Of a stretch of DNA of 64,000 nt, positions 20,912 through 32,030 are shown in pieces. A program made the translations under genes and the position numbers. Where the stretch lies: contig CACEMR010000002.1 in NCBI GenBank assembly GCA_902560725.1, positions 287 to 64,286 on the forward strand, read 5' to 3'. A model generated the notes under the pieces. The model was not told the origin of the DNA. It made no database searches and was given only the letters and a program-made list of their open reading frames with translations. The stretch comes from an uncultured Alphaproteobacteria bacterium. GTDB taxonomy: Bacteria; Pseudomonadota; Alphaproteobacteria; HIMB59; GCA-002718135. Position 1 is the first letter of the stretch. Each line of letters starts with the position of its first letter.

Positions 20912-21535
20912 ATGAAACATATTACCATAATTGATTATGGGTCAGGGAATGTTTTATCCGCTCAAAAATCTTTTATTAAAGTTCTTAATGAAAACAACAT
21001 TGAAGCAAAGGTTTTAATATCCAAAAAATTAAACGATATTAAAAATTCTACACACATTGTTTTGCCCGGACAAGGAGCTTTCGCAACCTGCATGAATGGA
21101 ATTAAAAATACACCAGGCTTAATTGAAGAGCTTTATGATTTTGCAATTATTAAAAAAAAACCTTTTTTAGGAATTTGTGTTGGTATGCAAATGTTGGCCA
21201 CTGATAGTGAGGAAAATGGAATACATGAAGGTTTAAATTGGATAGAGGGTCATATTAAGGCTTTGCCATCAAATAATTTAAAATTACCCCATATGGGTTG
21301 GAATAATGTAAAACCAACAAAAAAAAATAATTTAATTGAAAATTCTGAAGATTTTTATTTTGTACATTCATACTATTTTAAATGCAAGAATGAGCAAAAT
21401 ATATTGGCAGAAACACAGTATGGAATAAATTTTTCTTCAATTGTGGTTAAAGAAAATATATATGGCGTTCAATTTCATCCTGAGAAAAGTTCCTCCCAAG
21501 GGTTGAGATTGATTAAAAATTTTGTGAGCAAATAA
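20912..21535 (+). CDS. hisH: Imidazole glycerol phosphate synthase glutaminase subunit
   Basis: IDYGSGN, LPGQGAF, GICVGMQ, PHMGWN, QFHPEKS. Confidence 0.96.
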   Translation: MKHITIIDYGSGNVLSAQKSFIKVLNENNIEAKVLISKKLNDIKNSTHIVLPGQGAFATCMNGIKNTPGLIEELYDFAIIKKKPFLGICVGMQMLATDSEENGIHEGLNWIEGHIKALPSNNLKLPHMGWNNVKPTKKNNLIENSEDFYFVHSYYFKCKNEQNILAETQYGINFSSIVVKENIYGVQFHPEKSSSQGLRLIKNFVSK

Positions 21536-21536
21536 A

Positions 21537-22073
21537 ATGTCTATACAATTAAATGAAAAAATAAATATTTCAGTTGATAGTCTAAAAAATCTATCAGAGG
21601 TAGATCTTGCTGATTTATGCAATATTACTGAACAAGCAATTAATGCTGGCGGAGGTTTTGGTTGGTTAAGAGTCCCAACTAGGGAAGTTTTAAATGAATA
21701 TTGGAGAAAAATAACTGAAGACAAATTATCTTATTTAATAGTCGGTAGATTAAAAGGTGTTATAGCAGGCACACTTCAATTATCATACGAAGCCCCAAAC
21801 ATTGAGTCAAGAAAAAATATTGCACAAATCAAAAGGCATTTCGTTGCGCCTTGGGCTAGAGGTTATGGATTAGCAAAATCAATGATAGATTTTTCAGAAC
21901 AAAAAGCAAAAGAGGATAATATAAAGTCAATTCAATTAGCCGTTAGGGAAACACAAGACGCTGCTGTACAATTATTTTCAAGTAAAAATTATAAAATATG
22001 GGGAGAAAACCCTTACTATGCTTTTATTAATGGAAGTTTTGTAAAAGGGATATATTTTTTTAAAAACCTATAG
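21537..22073 (+). CDS. GNAT family N-acetyltransferase
   Basis: FVAPWARGYGLA acetyl-CoA motif, GGGFGW; inserted between hisH and hisA. Confidence 0.85.
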   Translation: MSIQLNEKINISVDSLKNLSEVDLADLCNITEQAINAGGGFGWLRVPTREVLNEYWRKITEDKLSYLIVGRLKGVIAGTLQLSYEAPNIESRKNIAQIKRHFVAPWARGYGLAKSMIDFSEQKAKEDNIKSIQLAVRETQDAAVQLFSSKNYKIWGENPYYAFINGSFVKGIYFFKNL

Positions 22074-22822
22074 TGCAAATTATACCAGCTATTGATCTTA
22101 AAGATAATAAATGTGTCAGACTTACTGAAGGAAAAGATGATACAAGTATTGTGTTTAATGAAAACCCAGAACAACAAGCAATTTTTTTTGAACAATCTGG
22201 ATGTAGAAAATTACACATAGTTGATTTAGATGCTGCATTTGGAAGGCCAGAGCTAAATATAAAATCAATAAAAAAAATTAGAAAATCCATTTCCATCCCT
22301 ATTCAACTAGGAGGCGGAATAAGAAGTGAGCTTGATGCCAAAAGGTATTTTGATTTAGGCATAGATAATTTAATCATTGGCTCATTATCTGTAAACCAAC
22401 CTGAAAAAGTTAAATTTTTAGTAAATACCTACAGAGATAGAATTTATATATCTTTAGATATTAAAAACGACAATGTGATGGTTAAAGGTTGGAAAGAAAA
22501 ATCTAAATTAAAAACAGAAGATATAATTAATATTTATAATAAATTAGCAATAAAAGGATACGTTATAACAGACATAGAAAACGATGGAATGTTAAGAGGT
22601 TTAAATACTGATTTTATTAAAGATGTGGTTAATAAAGTTAACAAAGAGGCAAATATGAAAAAATCAGTAATTATCGCAGGCGGATTAACAAACTACAATG
22701 ATTTAGAAAATTTAAAACAATTAAAATTAAGTAATCTTGAAGGCATTATATCAGGTAAATCTTTTTATGTCGGGAATATTGATTTAAACAAGGCACAAAT
22801 GATATTAAACTCAGATGGTTAA
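22073..22822 (+). CDS. hisA: ProFAR isomerase
   Basis: IIPAIDL, CVRL, HIVDLD, QLGGGIR, TDIENDG. Confidence 0.95.
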   Translation: MQIIPAIDLKDNKCVRLTEGKDDTSIVFNENPEQQAIFFEQSGCRKLHIVDLDAAFGRPELNIKSIKKIRKSISIPIQLGGGIRSELDAKRYFDLGIDNLIIGSLSVNQPEKVKFLVNTYRDRIYISLDIKNDNVMVKGWKEKSKLKTEDIINIYNKLAIKGYVITDIENDGMLRGLNTDFIKDVVNKVNKEANMKKSVIIAGGLTNYNDLENLKQLKLSNLEGIISGKSFYVGNIDLNKAQMILNSDG

Positions 22823-23570
22823 AGTAAGAATAATTCCTTGTTTAGATGTAAAAAATGGCAGGGTTGTAAAAGGTATAAATTTTGTTGATTTAATTGATGC
22901 CGGAGACCCTGTCGAGCAAGCAAAGCACTATTCAGAAAATGGAGCAGATGAAATTTGTTTTTTAGATATTAGTGCATCAATAGAAAACAGAGATACAATT
23001 ATCAATGTTGTAAAAAAAACAGCAAATGAAGTTTTTATTCCACTTACTGTTGGAGGTGGAATTTCATCCATTAATAATATTCATTCATTATTGAAAGCTG
23101 GAGCTGACAAGGTTTCAATTAATTCTGCTGCAATAAAAAACCCAAACATCATTAAGGAGTCTTCAGAGTATTTTGGCAATCAATGTATAGTTGTTGCTGT
23201 AGATGCAAAAAAAGTTAAGAACGATTGGTATGTATTTTCACATGGTGGAACAAAAAACACAGGTTTATTTGCTTTAGATTGGATTGAAAAAGTTCAAAAA
23301 CTTGGAGCTGGTGAAATTTTACTAACATCTATGGATAAAGATGGAACAAAATCAGGTTTTGATACAAATCTTCTAAGAAAAGTTTCAGAATTTCTCAATA
23401 TACCTTTAATAGCAAGTGGAGGTGTGGGAACACTGGAGCACTTCTATGAGGGTGTCAAAATAGGTAAGGCAAATGCACTATTGGCAGCATCAGTCTTTCA
23501 TTTTAATGAAATCAGCATTAAAGAGGTTAAGGAATATTTATTTAAAAAAAATATTGAAATAAGATTATAA
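22815..23570 (+). CDS. hisF: Imidazole glycerol phosphate synthase cyclase subunit
   Basis: [36 protein letters not shown]. Confidence 0.97.
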   Translation: MVKVRIIPCLDVKNGRVVKGINFVDLIDAGDPVEQAKHYSENGADEICFLDISASIENRDTIINVVKKTANEVFIPLTVGGGISSINNIHSLLKAGADKVSINSAAIKNPNIIKESSEYFGNQCIVVAVDAKKVKNDWYVFSHGGTKNTGLFALDWIEKVQKLGAGEILLTSMDKDGTKSGFDTNLLRKVSEFLNIPLIASGGVGTLEHFYEGVKIGKANALLAASVFHFNEISIKEVKEYLFKKNIEIRL

Positions 23571-23571
23571 A

Positions 23572-23844
23572 ATGCAAATAGAAGAACTATACCGCCTCAT
23601 AGAGACCAGAGTTAAAAATAAAACAAAAAACTCATATACGAATAAGCTATTAAAATTAGGATCAAAAAAAATTGCGCAAAAATTTGGTGAAGAAGCAAAC
23701 GAGCTTATTATAGATTATTTAAATGGATCAAAAAAAAGAACAATAGAAGAAGCAGCAGATGTTATTTACCATTTTTTGGTTTTATTAAAGTCAAAAAAAA
23801 TTACACTTAATGAAATAAACAAAGAATTATCAAAGAGAAAATAA
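23572..23844 (+). CDS. hisE: Phosphoribosyl-ATP pyrophosphatase
   Basis: SYTNKLL, KFGEEA, EAADVIYH. Confidence 0.93.
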   Translation: MQIEELYRLIETRVKNKTKNSYTNKLLKLGSKKIAQKFGEEANELIIDYLNGSKKRTIEEAADVIYHFLVLLKSKKITLNEINKELSKRK

Positions 23845-23845
23845 A

Positions 23846-24196
23846 ATGTATGACGACAATAATATTTTTGCTAAAATTTTAAGAAATGAAATTCCATGTA
23901 AAAAATTTTATGAGGATGAATTTTCTTTATTTATTTATGATATAGCCCCTCAGGCTAAAATTCATATTCTAGGAATTCCCAAGATTAAGTGCATTGATTT
24001 AACTGACTTTGTTACCAAGGCTGATGATAATTTAATATCATCTTTTTTCAAAAGTCTTAATTTAGTAATTGAGAAACTTAATATAAAAGCGGATGGATAT
24101 AGGGTTATATCGAACTCAGGAAATGATGGCGGACAAGAAGTTCCACATTTTCATATACATATTCTTGCTGGAGAAAAAATTGGATCATTAAGATAG
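23846..24196 (+). CDS. HIT family nucleotide-binding protein
   Basis: NIFAKIL, DIAPQA, GQEVPHFHIHILAG histidine triad. Confidence 0.93.
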   Translation: MYDDNNIFAKILRNEIPCKKFYEDEFSLFIYDIAPQAKIHILGIPKIKCIDLTDFVTKADDNLISSFFKSLNLVIEKLNIKADGYRVISNSGNDGGQEVPHFHIHILAGEKIGSLR

Positions 24197-24199
24197 TTA

Positions 24200-24799
24200 T
24201 TATTTTACAATAACATAATTAACTATTTCTTTTACACCTTTAATTGTTTTTAGAGCATCTATTAAGTTTTCAAGCTGATCAGGTTTTGAAGTTATTCCAG
24301 CTACGTAGATTTTGCCATTTATTGTTTCAAAATTATAACCAATACCCCTCAATCCGATAGTTTTTGCTGCAACTCCCCTAGCTTGTGTGTTGATCCATAG
24401 ATCATTTGCATAATCCTTTATTGAACTCCTGTTTCCAATTTCAATTTCATTAATAACTTCTCGTATGCCTTCAACTTCCCATACCAATCTAACCGCATCA
24501 ATTCTTACCTCTTGAGTATCCACCAAACCAGTTAATAAAACCCTGCCCTCTAATACCGTAGTGTCTATATCTACAAATAAATTATTTCCAGCGTTTAAAA
24601 ATTTTGCTGCTATATTAACTTTAATTGTCGCATCATCTACTACAGTTCCAAATGAGCGGTCACCTTCAGCTACAACCATTGCTGTACCTCCCCCGCTTGC
24701 CAGCATACTAGTAGGGGAGCAACTGTAAATAAAGCAAAACAATAAAAATATATTAAATGTAAGAAAAATATTTAAGAATTTTTTAAATTTAAAACCCAT
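24200..24799 (-). CDS. Dual BON-domain lipoprotein (DolP/YraP-like)
   Basis: Lipobox YSC, DRSFGTVVDD, GRVLLTG, two BON repeats; downstream of rsmI. Confidence 0.85.
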   Translation of the reverse strand: MGFKFKKFLNIFLTFNIFLLFCFIYSCSPTSMLASGGGTAMVVAEGDRSFGTVVDDATIKVNIAAKFLNAGNNLFVDIDTTVLEGRVLLTGLVDTQEVRIDAVRLVWEVEGIREVINEIEIGNRSSIKDYANDLWINTQARGVAAKTIGLRGIGYNFETINGKIYVAGITSKPDQLENLIDALKTIKGVKEIVNYVIVK

Positions 24800-25617
24800 T
24801 TATACACTTTATTTTTAGTAATTCCTGTTAATTTATGCACTATTTCTACGACGTCGGTCAAAGAAAATTTTGAGAGCAATTTATAAATTTCCTCATCTAA
24901 GTAATTTAAGTCATTAGACAGTGTTTCTTTTAAGCTATTTCCTTCAACAACAACAACAAACTCACCTTTAAAATTATCCTTATTCTCAAAAAGTTTTTCT
25001 TTTATTTTAGCAGCTAACCCTCTAAACGTTTTCTCATTTATCTTTGTTAACTCCTTTGATAAGCTTATTAATCTATCATTAATTTCTGTTTCTAATAATT
25101 CTAAACAACGTTCTAATTTGTGATTTGACACAAAAAAAACTGAAGTTTTGTCATTGTTTTTGATTTTTTTTATAAAATTTAAAGTTTCTTTTTTTGATTT
25201 TGGAAAAAAACCAGCAAAAAAAAATTCATTAACTGGAATACCTGACAATTGAAGTGCTGAAATTATTGATGTCGGGCCTGGCACAGTAGTAATTTTTATA
25301 TTATTTTTAATACAATGTTTGATAAATTTAAAACCAGGGTCTGATATAAGTGGAGATCCAGCGTCAGATATCAAAACAATTTTTTTATTAAATAAGTCTT
25401 TGGATAATCTATCTATAATTATTTGTTCATTGTGATCATGAATTGAAATTAATTTCTTTTTAATGCCTAATTTATTTAGTAGTTTAAGAGAATGTTTTGG
25501 ATTTTCACAAATTATTATATCTCCACTCTCAATGGTCTCAATGGCTCTCTTAGAAATGTCATTTAAATTTCCAATAGGAGTGGCGACTATGTTTATTTCA
25601 AAAGAACTTTGTTTCAT
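24772..25617 (-). CDS. rsmI: 16S rRNA C1402 2'-O-methyltransferase
   Basis: VATPIGNLNDIS, SDAGSPLISDPG, VPGPT, KELTK, KGEFVVV. Confidence 0.95.
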   Translation of the reverse strand: MKQSSFEINIVATPIGNLNDISKRAIETIESGDIIICENPKHSLKLLNKLGIKKKLISIHDHNEQIIIDRLSKDLFNKKIVLISDAGSPLISDPGFKFIKHCIKNNIKITTVPGPTSIISALQLSGIPVNEFFFAGFFPKSKKETLNFIKKIKNNDKTSVFFVSNHKLERCLELLETEINDRLISLSKELTKINEKTFRGLAAKIKEKLFENKDNFKGEFVVVVEGNSLKETLSNDLNYLDEEIYKLLSKFSLTDVVEIVHKLTGITKNKVYKWVLNLKNS

Positions 25618-26884
25618 CGTTGGTATATTTATATTTATTTTTTCTTGTACTCCAGTAAACTTATCAAAACAATCTCAACAATCAACAAATGATCAAACTC
25701 AATCAGAAGAAAAAGTAACAAGTATAAAAAAAGAGCAAAAAAATGAAACAAATAAGCAAATTTTTAAAACTACCCAAAAAAATATTGAAAAATTCAAAAT
25801 AAAAAAAAATATAACACTTTTATTTTCTACTCAAAATAGAGAGAACTTTACTAAACAATTTATTAATATTTTAGAACTAGGCATTTACAACAAAAATTTA
25901 GAAAATGTTGTATTTGAAATTGAGTTTTTTGAAAATAATAAGGATTTAGAAAATATAATAATAGAAAAGAGTCAAAAAGGTAAAATTTTTATTGGCCCTA
26001 TTCAAACACAGTATACAAAATCGGCAAAGAAATTTTGTGATAATGAAATAATTTTTTTTTCATTTTCATCTGACACAAGTTTAGCAAGTGACTGCATTTA
26101 TCTTATAAATTTTTTTCCTAAAAATGAATTAGAGCAATTATTTTTATCTTTAGACAAAGATTCAAAAGTTGCATTCTTATATCCAGAAAATGACTATGGG
26201 TATAAAATTAATTATTTAATAGACGATGTAATAAATAACAGTGATTCAATTTTAGTTAATAGAGCATCATATAAAAATGATTTATCAAATGTAAGAGATG
26301 CAATTAAAGAATTAGGCAAATATGAACTTAGAAAATACGAGCTAGAAAGACAAAAAATAATTCTTTCTTCAAAGAGTGATGAACAATCAAAAAACAAATT
26401 AAAAAAATTAAAAAAATTTAAAACAACCAGTGATTATGAATTTACACATATTTTATTAGCTGATTATGGATTAAACCTACTTCAGGTTGCCCCTCTTTTG
26501 CCTTACTATGATATTGATCCTAATGTGGTACAGTTTCTTAGTACTGGAGTAATAGATGACGACAATTTCTTTATAGAACCTTCTTTGCAAGGTGCTATTT
26601 TTCCTGGTGTTGAAAAAACTAAAAGACAAAATTTAATTAATCAATATAGACAAATATATGATGAAAAATTACTAAGAATTTCAACCCTTCCTTACGATTT
26701 GGTTGGCTTATTAAACTATGTTTTTTCAAGAAATTTAAGTTATCAAAGAATGATAGAGCTTCTTAATAACTCGCAAATTAAATTTGAAGGAGTAGATGGA
26801 GAATTTTATTTTAAAAATAATTTAATTGAGAGAGATCTGGATATGCTTCGAATATCAAATGGTATAGCAAAAAAAATTAATTAA
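25589..26884 (+). CDS. LpoA/LppC-like penicillin-binding protein activator lipoprotein
   Basis: AGGAG at 25576-25580 then ATG 25589; lipobox IFSC; IFIGP, FSFS, YG and FEGVDGEFYF motifs; divergent from rsmI as is usual for this family. Confidence 0.7.
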   Translation: MFISKELCFIVGIFIFIFSCTPVNLSKQSQQSTNDQTQSEEKVTSIKKEQKNETNKQIFKTTQKNIEKFKIKKNITLLFSTQNRENFTKQFINILELGIYNKNLENVVFEIEFFENNKDLENIIIEKSQKGKIFIGPIQTQYTKSAKKFCDNEIIFFSFSSDTSLASDCIYLINFFPKNELEQLFLSLDKDSKVAFLYPENDYGYKINYLIDDVINNSDSILVNRASYKNDLSNVRDAIKELGKYELRKYELERQKIILSSKSDEQSKNKLKKLKKFKTTSDYEFTHILLADYGLNLLQVAPLLPYYDIDPNVVQFLSTGVIDDDNFFIEPSLQGAIFPGVEKTKRQNLINQYRQIYDEKLLRISTLPYDLVGLLNYVFSRNLSYQRMIELLNNSQIKFEGVDGEFYFKNNLIERDLDMLRISNGIAKKIN

Positions 26885-27458
26885 ATAAAAAATTTATTAA
26901 CTTATTTATTGCAATACCTCTATGACTATGAAAATTTTTTTCCCTCTCAGTCATTTCACCAAAGGTTTTTAGAGATCCATTAGGTAAAAAAATAGGATCA
27001 TAACCAAACCCATTTTTTCCCTTAATTTTTTCTGAAATTATCCCTTCTATCTTGCCCTCAAACAATACATGATAATTTTTTTCAAAAGTATAACAAATTG
27101 ATGTTTTAAAATATGCTTTAATTTTTCCACTTTCTTTTGTTTTTTTTATTATATAATTAAAACACTCGGTGCTATTTTTAAAACTATCGATAAATCTTTT
27201 AGACATAATATTTGGTTTCCACCCTAGCGCTTCTATAGAAATACCAGAATCATCTGCAAAACACGGTATATGAGTTTTCTCATATCCAAACAGAGATTTA
27301 ATTTTTGCATTGTTAGCAAATGAATTTCCCACCTCTTTTGGTTCATAAGTAATTTTAAAATCTTCTGGAAAAAAAATATTTATTCTAAAATTTTTAAAAA
27401 GGGTTTTTATTTCTTCTTGTTTGCCAGCATTGTTTGAAAAAAAAAAAATTTTATTCAA
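26877..27458 (-). CDS. rdgB: Non-canonical purine NTP pyrophosphatase (HAM1)
   Basis: SNNAGK, ADDSG, GFGYDPIF, KNFHSHRG; downstream of rph. Confidence 0.92.
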   Translation of the reverse strand: MNKIFFFSNNAGKQEEIKTLFKNFRINIFFPEDFKITYEPKEVGNSFANNAKIKSLFGYEKTHIPCFADDSGISIEALGWKPNIMSKRFIDSFKNSTECFNYIIKKTKESGKIKAYFKTSICYTFEKNYHVLFEGKIEGIISEKIKGKNGFGYDPIFLPNGSLKTFGEMTEREKNFHSHRGIAINKLINFLFN

Positions 27459-27459
27459 T

Positions 27460-28170
27460 TTAATCTAATGCCTTTTTTTGAATTTCAATTATTTCTTTAA
27501 TTCCTTTTTTTGCTAATTCAAATATTTCACTAAATTCATTATTGCTAAAAAAATACTCTTCACCTGTTACTTGTATCTCTGATATTTCTCCTGTGTCACA
27601 AATAACAAAGTTTGCGTCAACTTGTGCTTTAGAGTCTTCTTCATAGTTTAAATCCAACATTGCTTTTTGGTCTATAATTCCAGCTGAGACAGCTCCGATA
27701 TAATTTTTTATTATTGGTTTTTGAATGTTGTAATTATTTTTAAGTTTTTCTATTGCTATGTACAATGAAACAAAACCACCACTTATAGCAGCTGTTCTAG
27801 TTCCTCCATCAGCTTGTATTACATCACAGTCAATTTTAATTTGTCTTTCACCCAAATTTGATAAATCTACTATTGATCTCAAACTTCTTCCAATTAAGCG
27901 CTGAATTTCTTGAGTTCTACCCGACTGTTTACCTTTCGCGGCTTCCCTATCCATTCTAGTGTTAGTTGATCTAGGCAACATTCCATATTCTGCAGTTACC
28001 CAGCCTTTACCCGTATTTTTTAACCATCGTGGAACTTTATCATCTATTGTTGCTAGACATAAAACATGCGTATTACCAAATTTAACAAGGCATGATCCAT
28101 CAGCATGAATATTAACATTTTTTTCAAACGAAATTTCCCTCATTTGATTGAACGACCTATCTTTTCTCAT
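27460..28170 (-). CDS. rph: Ribonuclease PH
   Basis: GWVTAEYGMLPRST, EIQRLIGRSLR, QADGGTRTAAI. Confidence 0.97.
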   Translation of the reverse strand: MRKDRSFNQMREISFEKNVNIHADGSCLVKFGNTHVLCLATIDDKVPRWLKNTGKGWVTAEYGMLPRSTNTRMDREAAKGKQSGRTQEIQRLIGRSLRSIVDLSNLGERQIKIDCDVIQADGGTRTAAISGGFVSLYIAIEKLKNNYNIQKPIIKNYIGAVSAGIIDQKAMLDLNYEEDSKAQVDANFVICDTGEISEIQVTGEEYFFSNNEFSEIFELAKKGIKEIIEIQKKALD

Positions 28171-28219
28171 ATAAATTTAATAATAGTAGATAAAAATATA
28201 TTTTAAACAACTAATTATA

Positions 28220-29266
28220 ATGGCAGAAAACTTATATGCAGAACTAAATGATAGATCTATACTAATTTTTAAAAAATTAGTTGAGTCATATCTTAAAACA
28301 GGGTCACCTGCTGGATCTGAAACATTGGTAAAAACAGGTGGCTTTAACCTATCTTCTGCTTCTATTAGATCAATTTTGTCTAATCTTGAAAAGGAAGGTC
28401 TTCTTTTTGCACCACATAGATCAGCAGGAAGAATGCCAACAGAAAAAGGAATGAGATTTTTTGTCGAGGGTCTTTTAGAATTTGGAAGAATATCAAAGAC
28501 AGAAATGGAAAGTATAAAACAACAATGCTCATCTAAAGGAAAGTCTTATGAAGAGGTTTTAGACTTAGCTTCTAAAGCTATATCAGGTTTGTCAAATTAT
28601 GCGGGTATTGTAATTGCTCCAAAATTTCAAAAAAATATAAAACATTTAGAATTTATAAGACTTAATGATGCTCAACTAATGTTAATTTTGGCTTACGAAA
28701 ATGGCGAGGTTGAAAATAGAATTATTGAAGATAAAGGCAAATACAGTAATTCACTTTTAGTGCAGGCTTCTAATTATCTTACATCTAGATTTGGTAACAA
28801 AAATATCTCACAAATTAAAAAGACAATACAACTAGAAATAAAAAAATCTCAAAATGACCTTGAAACAATTTCTTCTAAATTAATAAAAAAAGGCATTATT
28901 GAAACATCACCCAATGTTAAAAACCCATATATTTTTTTACACGGACAATCAAATTTACTTAAAGATGAAATAATATCAAAAGATTTGGATCAAATCCGAA
29001 ATCTTTTTGACGAAATAGAAAAAAAATCAAGCTTTGTAGATATTTTAGAAACTGCTGGAAAAGCAAAAGGAGTACAAATTTTTATTGGATCTAAAAATTT
29101 TTTGTTTAAACACTCTGGTCTTTCTATGGTAATGGCTCCATATAAAAACAATGATCAAGAAATAATAGGTGCTATAGGAGTGGTCGGTCCAACAAGATTA
29201 AATTATTCAAAGATTGTACCTTTGGTTGATTATACATCTAAAATTATTGGAAAGGTGATTGATTAA
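28220..29266 (+). CDS. hrcA: Heat-inducible transcription repressor HrcA
   Basis: LSSASIR, PHRSAGRMPTEKG, GAIGVVGPTRLNY. Confidence 0.95.
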   Translation: MAENLYAELNDRSILIFKKLVESYLKTGSPAGSETLVKTGGFNLSSASIRSILSNLEKEGLLFAPHRSAGRMPTEKGMRFFVEGLLEFGRISKTEMESIKQQCSSKGKSYEEVLDLASKAISGLSNYAGIVIAPKFQKNIKHLEFIRLNDAQLMLILAYENGEVENRIIEDKGKYSNSLLVQASNYLTSRFGNKNISQIKKTIQLEIKKSQNDLETISSKLIKKGIIETSPNVKNPYIFLHGQSNLLKDEIISKDLDQIRNLFDEIEKKSSFVDILETAGKAKGVQIFIGSKNFLFKHSGLSMVMAPYKNNDQEIIGAIGVVGPTRLNYSKIVPLVDYTSKIIGKVID

Positions 29267-29946
29267 TGGTTGAAAAAAAAGAAGAAGATAAAAAAGAAGA
29301 TATTTTAGAAAACCCCTCTGAAAATATAGAAAATGACAAAGAAAATGAAGAATCAGCTTACAAAAATCAAGAAGATAACCACTCAGATGAAACTAATGAG
29401 AAGGAAAGCGCAGAAGAAAATATTTTAGAAAAGGAAATAGAGACGCTTAAAGAAGAAAAAATAAGATTACTTGCTGAAATGGAAAATCTTAGAAAAAGAT
29501 TCGAACGAGAAAAAGTTGAAACTATAAAGTTTGGAAGTATTAATTTAGCAAGAGATATTTTATCACCTGGAGATAATTTAGAAAGAGCACTAGAGGCCTT
29601 ACCAGATGACGAAAATTATTCAGAAAGTATAAAAAATCTTATCGATGGCTTAAAGATGGTTCTAAAAGAATACAAAAACACCCTTGAAAAACATGGCGTT
29701 AAAAAAATTGAGTCATTAAATAAAAAATTTGACCATAATTTTCATCAGGCAATGATGGAAATAGAAAATAAAGATGTTGAAGAAGGAACAGTAGTGCAAG
29801 AAGTTCAATCAGGTTATACAATGCACGATCGTTTATTAAGGGCTGCGATGGTAGGTGTTGCTAAAAAACCAACTACTAAAACAGAAGAGTCAAAAGAAGA
29901 AAAAGATGAAGATGGTGCTGAAAATGATAATGAGAAAACTTCATAA
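29266..29946 (+). CDS. grpE: Nucleotide exchange factor GrpE
   Basis: AEMENLRKR, DNLERAL, FDHNFHQA, GYTMHDRLLRAAMV. Confidence 0.96.
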   Translation: MVEKKEEDKKEDILENPSENIENDKENEESAYKNQEDNHSDETNEKESAEENILEKEIETLKEEKIRLLAEMENLRKRFEREKVETIKFGSINLARDILSPGDNLERALEALPDDENYSESIKNLIDGLKMVLKEYKNTLEKHGVKKIESLNKKFDHNFHQAMMEIENKDVEEGTVVQEVQSGYTMHDRLLRAAMVGVAKKPTTKTEESKEEKDEDGAENDNEKTS

Positions 29947-30000
29947 AAGGCATAAAAATCAAGTAAATACCTAATTTTTTGAATATAAATCCCATACATC

Positions 30001-30030
30001 CTTGTATTTTAAAACTTTTTTCCCATATCT
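30001..30030 (+). promoter_or_regulatory. RpoH (sigma32)-type promoter for dnaKJ
   Basis: CTTG-N17-CCCATATCT about 50 nt upstream of the dnaK ATG. Confidence 0.75.
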
Positions 30031-30079
30031 AAAGTAGCCAATGTTGATTGGTACAAATTAGTTAAAGAGGATAATAAAT

Positions 30080-32002
30080 ATGGCAAAAGTTATTGGTATT
30101 GATTTAGGTACTACAAACTCCTGCGTTGCAGTAATGGACGGCAAGGAAGCAAAAGTAATAGAAAACTCAGAGGGTGGAAGAACAACTCCATCAATGGTAG
30201 CATTCAGTGATACAAATGAAAAACTTGTTGGTCAGTCAGCTAAAAGACAAGCAGTAACAAATTCTGAAAATACTTTATTTGCCATAAAAAGATTAATTGG
30301 AAGAACATTTGAAGACAAAGACGTTAAATCTGATAGCGGGTTAGTACCTTATAAAATTGTAAAAGGTGATAACGGGGATGCGTGGGTTGAAGCGCGTGGT
30401 GACAAGTATAGTCCAAGTCAAATAAGCGCATTCATTTTACAAAAAATGAAAGAGACAGCAGAGTCCTACCTAGGAGAAACTGTTACACAAGCAGTAATAA
30501 CTGTTCCTGCTTATTTTAATGACGCTCAAAGGCAGGCAACAAAGGATGCTGGTAAAATAGCTGGACTAGAAGTTTTAAGAATTATTAACGAACCTACAGC
30601 AGCAGCCCTAGCATATGGATTAGATAAAAAGAAAACTGGTACAGTGGCTGTTTATGATCTTGGAGGCGGTACATTTGATATTTCTATTTTAGAGATAGGG
30701 GACGGTGTCTTTGAGGTTAAATCTACAAATGGTGACACTCACCTAGGCGGAGAAGATTTTGATCTTAAAATTATTGACTATCTTGCAGATGAATTCAAAA
30801 AAGATAACGGTATTGATCTACGTTCAGATAAACTAGCTTTACAACGTCTTAAAGAAGCTGCAGAGAAAGCAAAGATTGAATTATCAAGCTCAACAGAAAC
30901 AGAAGTTAATTTGCCATTTATAACTGCTGATCAATCTGGTCCAAAACATTTGACAATTAAGTTATCAAGAGCAAAATTAGAAGCCATTGTAGGTGAGCTT
31001 TTAAATCAAAGTTTAAAACCTTGCGAAATGGCACTTAAAGATGCTGGATTACAAGCTGCAGAAATTGATGATGTTATTTTAGTTGGTGGTATGACTAGAA
31101 TGCCTAAGGTAACAGAGATTGTAAAAAACTTTTTTGGCAAAGAGCCCAATAAAGGCGTTAACCCAGATGAAGTTGTTGCATCCGGCGCTGCTATTCAAGC
31201 TGGAGTATTACAAGGCGATGTCAAAGATGTTCTACTACTTGACGTTACTCCATTATCACTTGGTATTGAAACTCTTGGCGGCGTATTCACAAAACTTATT
31301 GATAAAAACACAACCATTCCAACAAAGAAGAGCCAAGTATTTTCTACAGCTGAAGATAATCAAAATGCAGTAACTATTAGAGTTTTTCAAGGTGAAAGAG
31401 AGATGGCAGCTGATAACAAATTACTAGGTCAGTTTGATCTAGTTGGCATACCACCTGCTGCAAGAGGCATGCCCCAAATTGAAGTTACTTTCGATATTGA
31501 TGCAAATGGTATTGTAAACGTATCGGCTAAAGATAAATCAACTGGTAAAGAACAACAAATAAAAATTCAGGCTTCCGGCGGTTTATCAGATGAAGAGATT
31601 GAAAAAATGGTTAAAGATGCAGAAGAAAATGCTGAGTCTGATAAAAAGAAAAGAGAAGCTGTTGATACAAGAAATCATGCTGACAGTTTAATTAATGAGA
31701 CCGAAAAGAACCTGAAAGAGCATGGTGATAAAATTCCTGAAGCTGACAAAAACAAAATCACAACTGATATTGAAGAGCTGAAAAAAGTTAAAGACGGCGA
31801 AGATTTAGAAGCTATCAAATCTAAAACTGAAGCATTAGTTCAATCATCTCTTAAAATGGGGGAAGCTATTTACAAACAAAATCCTCAAGGGGCCGGACCA
31901 CAAGCAGACCCATCTGGAGCAGAACCATCGGCAGATAATACAAAAGATGAAAAAGTTGTAGATGCTGAATTTGAAGAAGTAGACGAAGATAAAAAAGATT
32001 AA
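30080..32002 (+). CDS. dnaK: Chaperone DnaK (Hsp70)
   Basis: [32 protein letters not shown]. Confidence 0.99.
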   Translation: MAKVIGIDLGTTNSCVAVMDGKEAKVIENSEGGRTTPSMVAFSDTNEKLVGQSAKRQAVTNSENTLFAIKRLIGRTFEDKDVKSDSGLVPYKIVKGDNGDAWVEARGDKYSPSQISAFILQKMKETAESYLGETVTQAVITVPAYFNDAQRQATKDAGKIAGLEVLRIINEPTAAALAYGLDKKKTGTVAVYDLGGGTFDISILEIGDGVFEVKSTNGDTHLGGEDFDLKIIDYLADEFKKDNGIDLRSDKLALQRLKEAAEKAKIELSSSTETEVNLPFITADQSGPKHLTIKLSRAKLEAIVGELLNQSLKPCEMALKDAGLQAAEIDDVILVGGMTRMPKVTEIVKNFFGKEPNKGVNPDEVVASGAAIQAGVLQGDVKDVLLLDVTPLSLGIETLGGVFTKLIDKNTTIPTKKSQVFSTAEDNQNAVTIRVFQGEREMAADNKLLGQFDLVGIPPAARGMPQIEVTFDIDANGIVNVSAKDKSTGKEQQIKIQASGGLSDEEIEKMVKDAEENAESDKKKREAVDTRNHADSLINETEKNLKEHGDKIPEADKNKITTDIEELKKVKDGEDLEAIKSKTEALVQSSLKMGEAIYKQNPQGAGPQADPSGAEPSADNTKDEKVVDAEFEEVDEDKKD

Positions 32003-32030
32003 CGCTCCATAATTTTTATAAGGAGGAGAT

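Noticed and set aside
25463-25588. Upstream extension of the LpoA-like ORF
   Set aside because: Antisense to conserved rsmI; the RBS and lipoprotein signal fit ATG 25589
27437-27448. A12 homopolymer at the rdgB 5' end as a phase-variation tract
   Set aside because: Frame is intact and long A/T runs are common throughout this window
28171-30079. CIRCE operator expected near hrcA, grpE or dnaK
   Set aside because: No TTAGCACTC-N9-GAGTGCTAA seen; in alphaproteobacteria it is mostly at groESL
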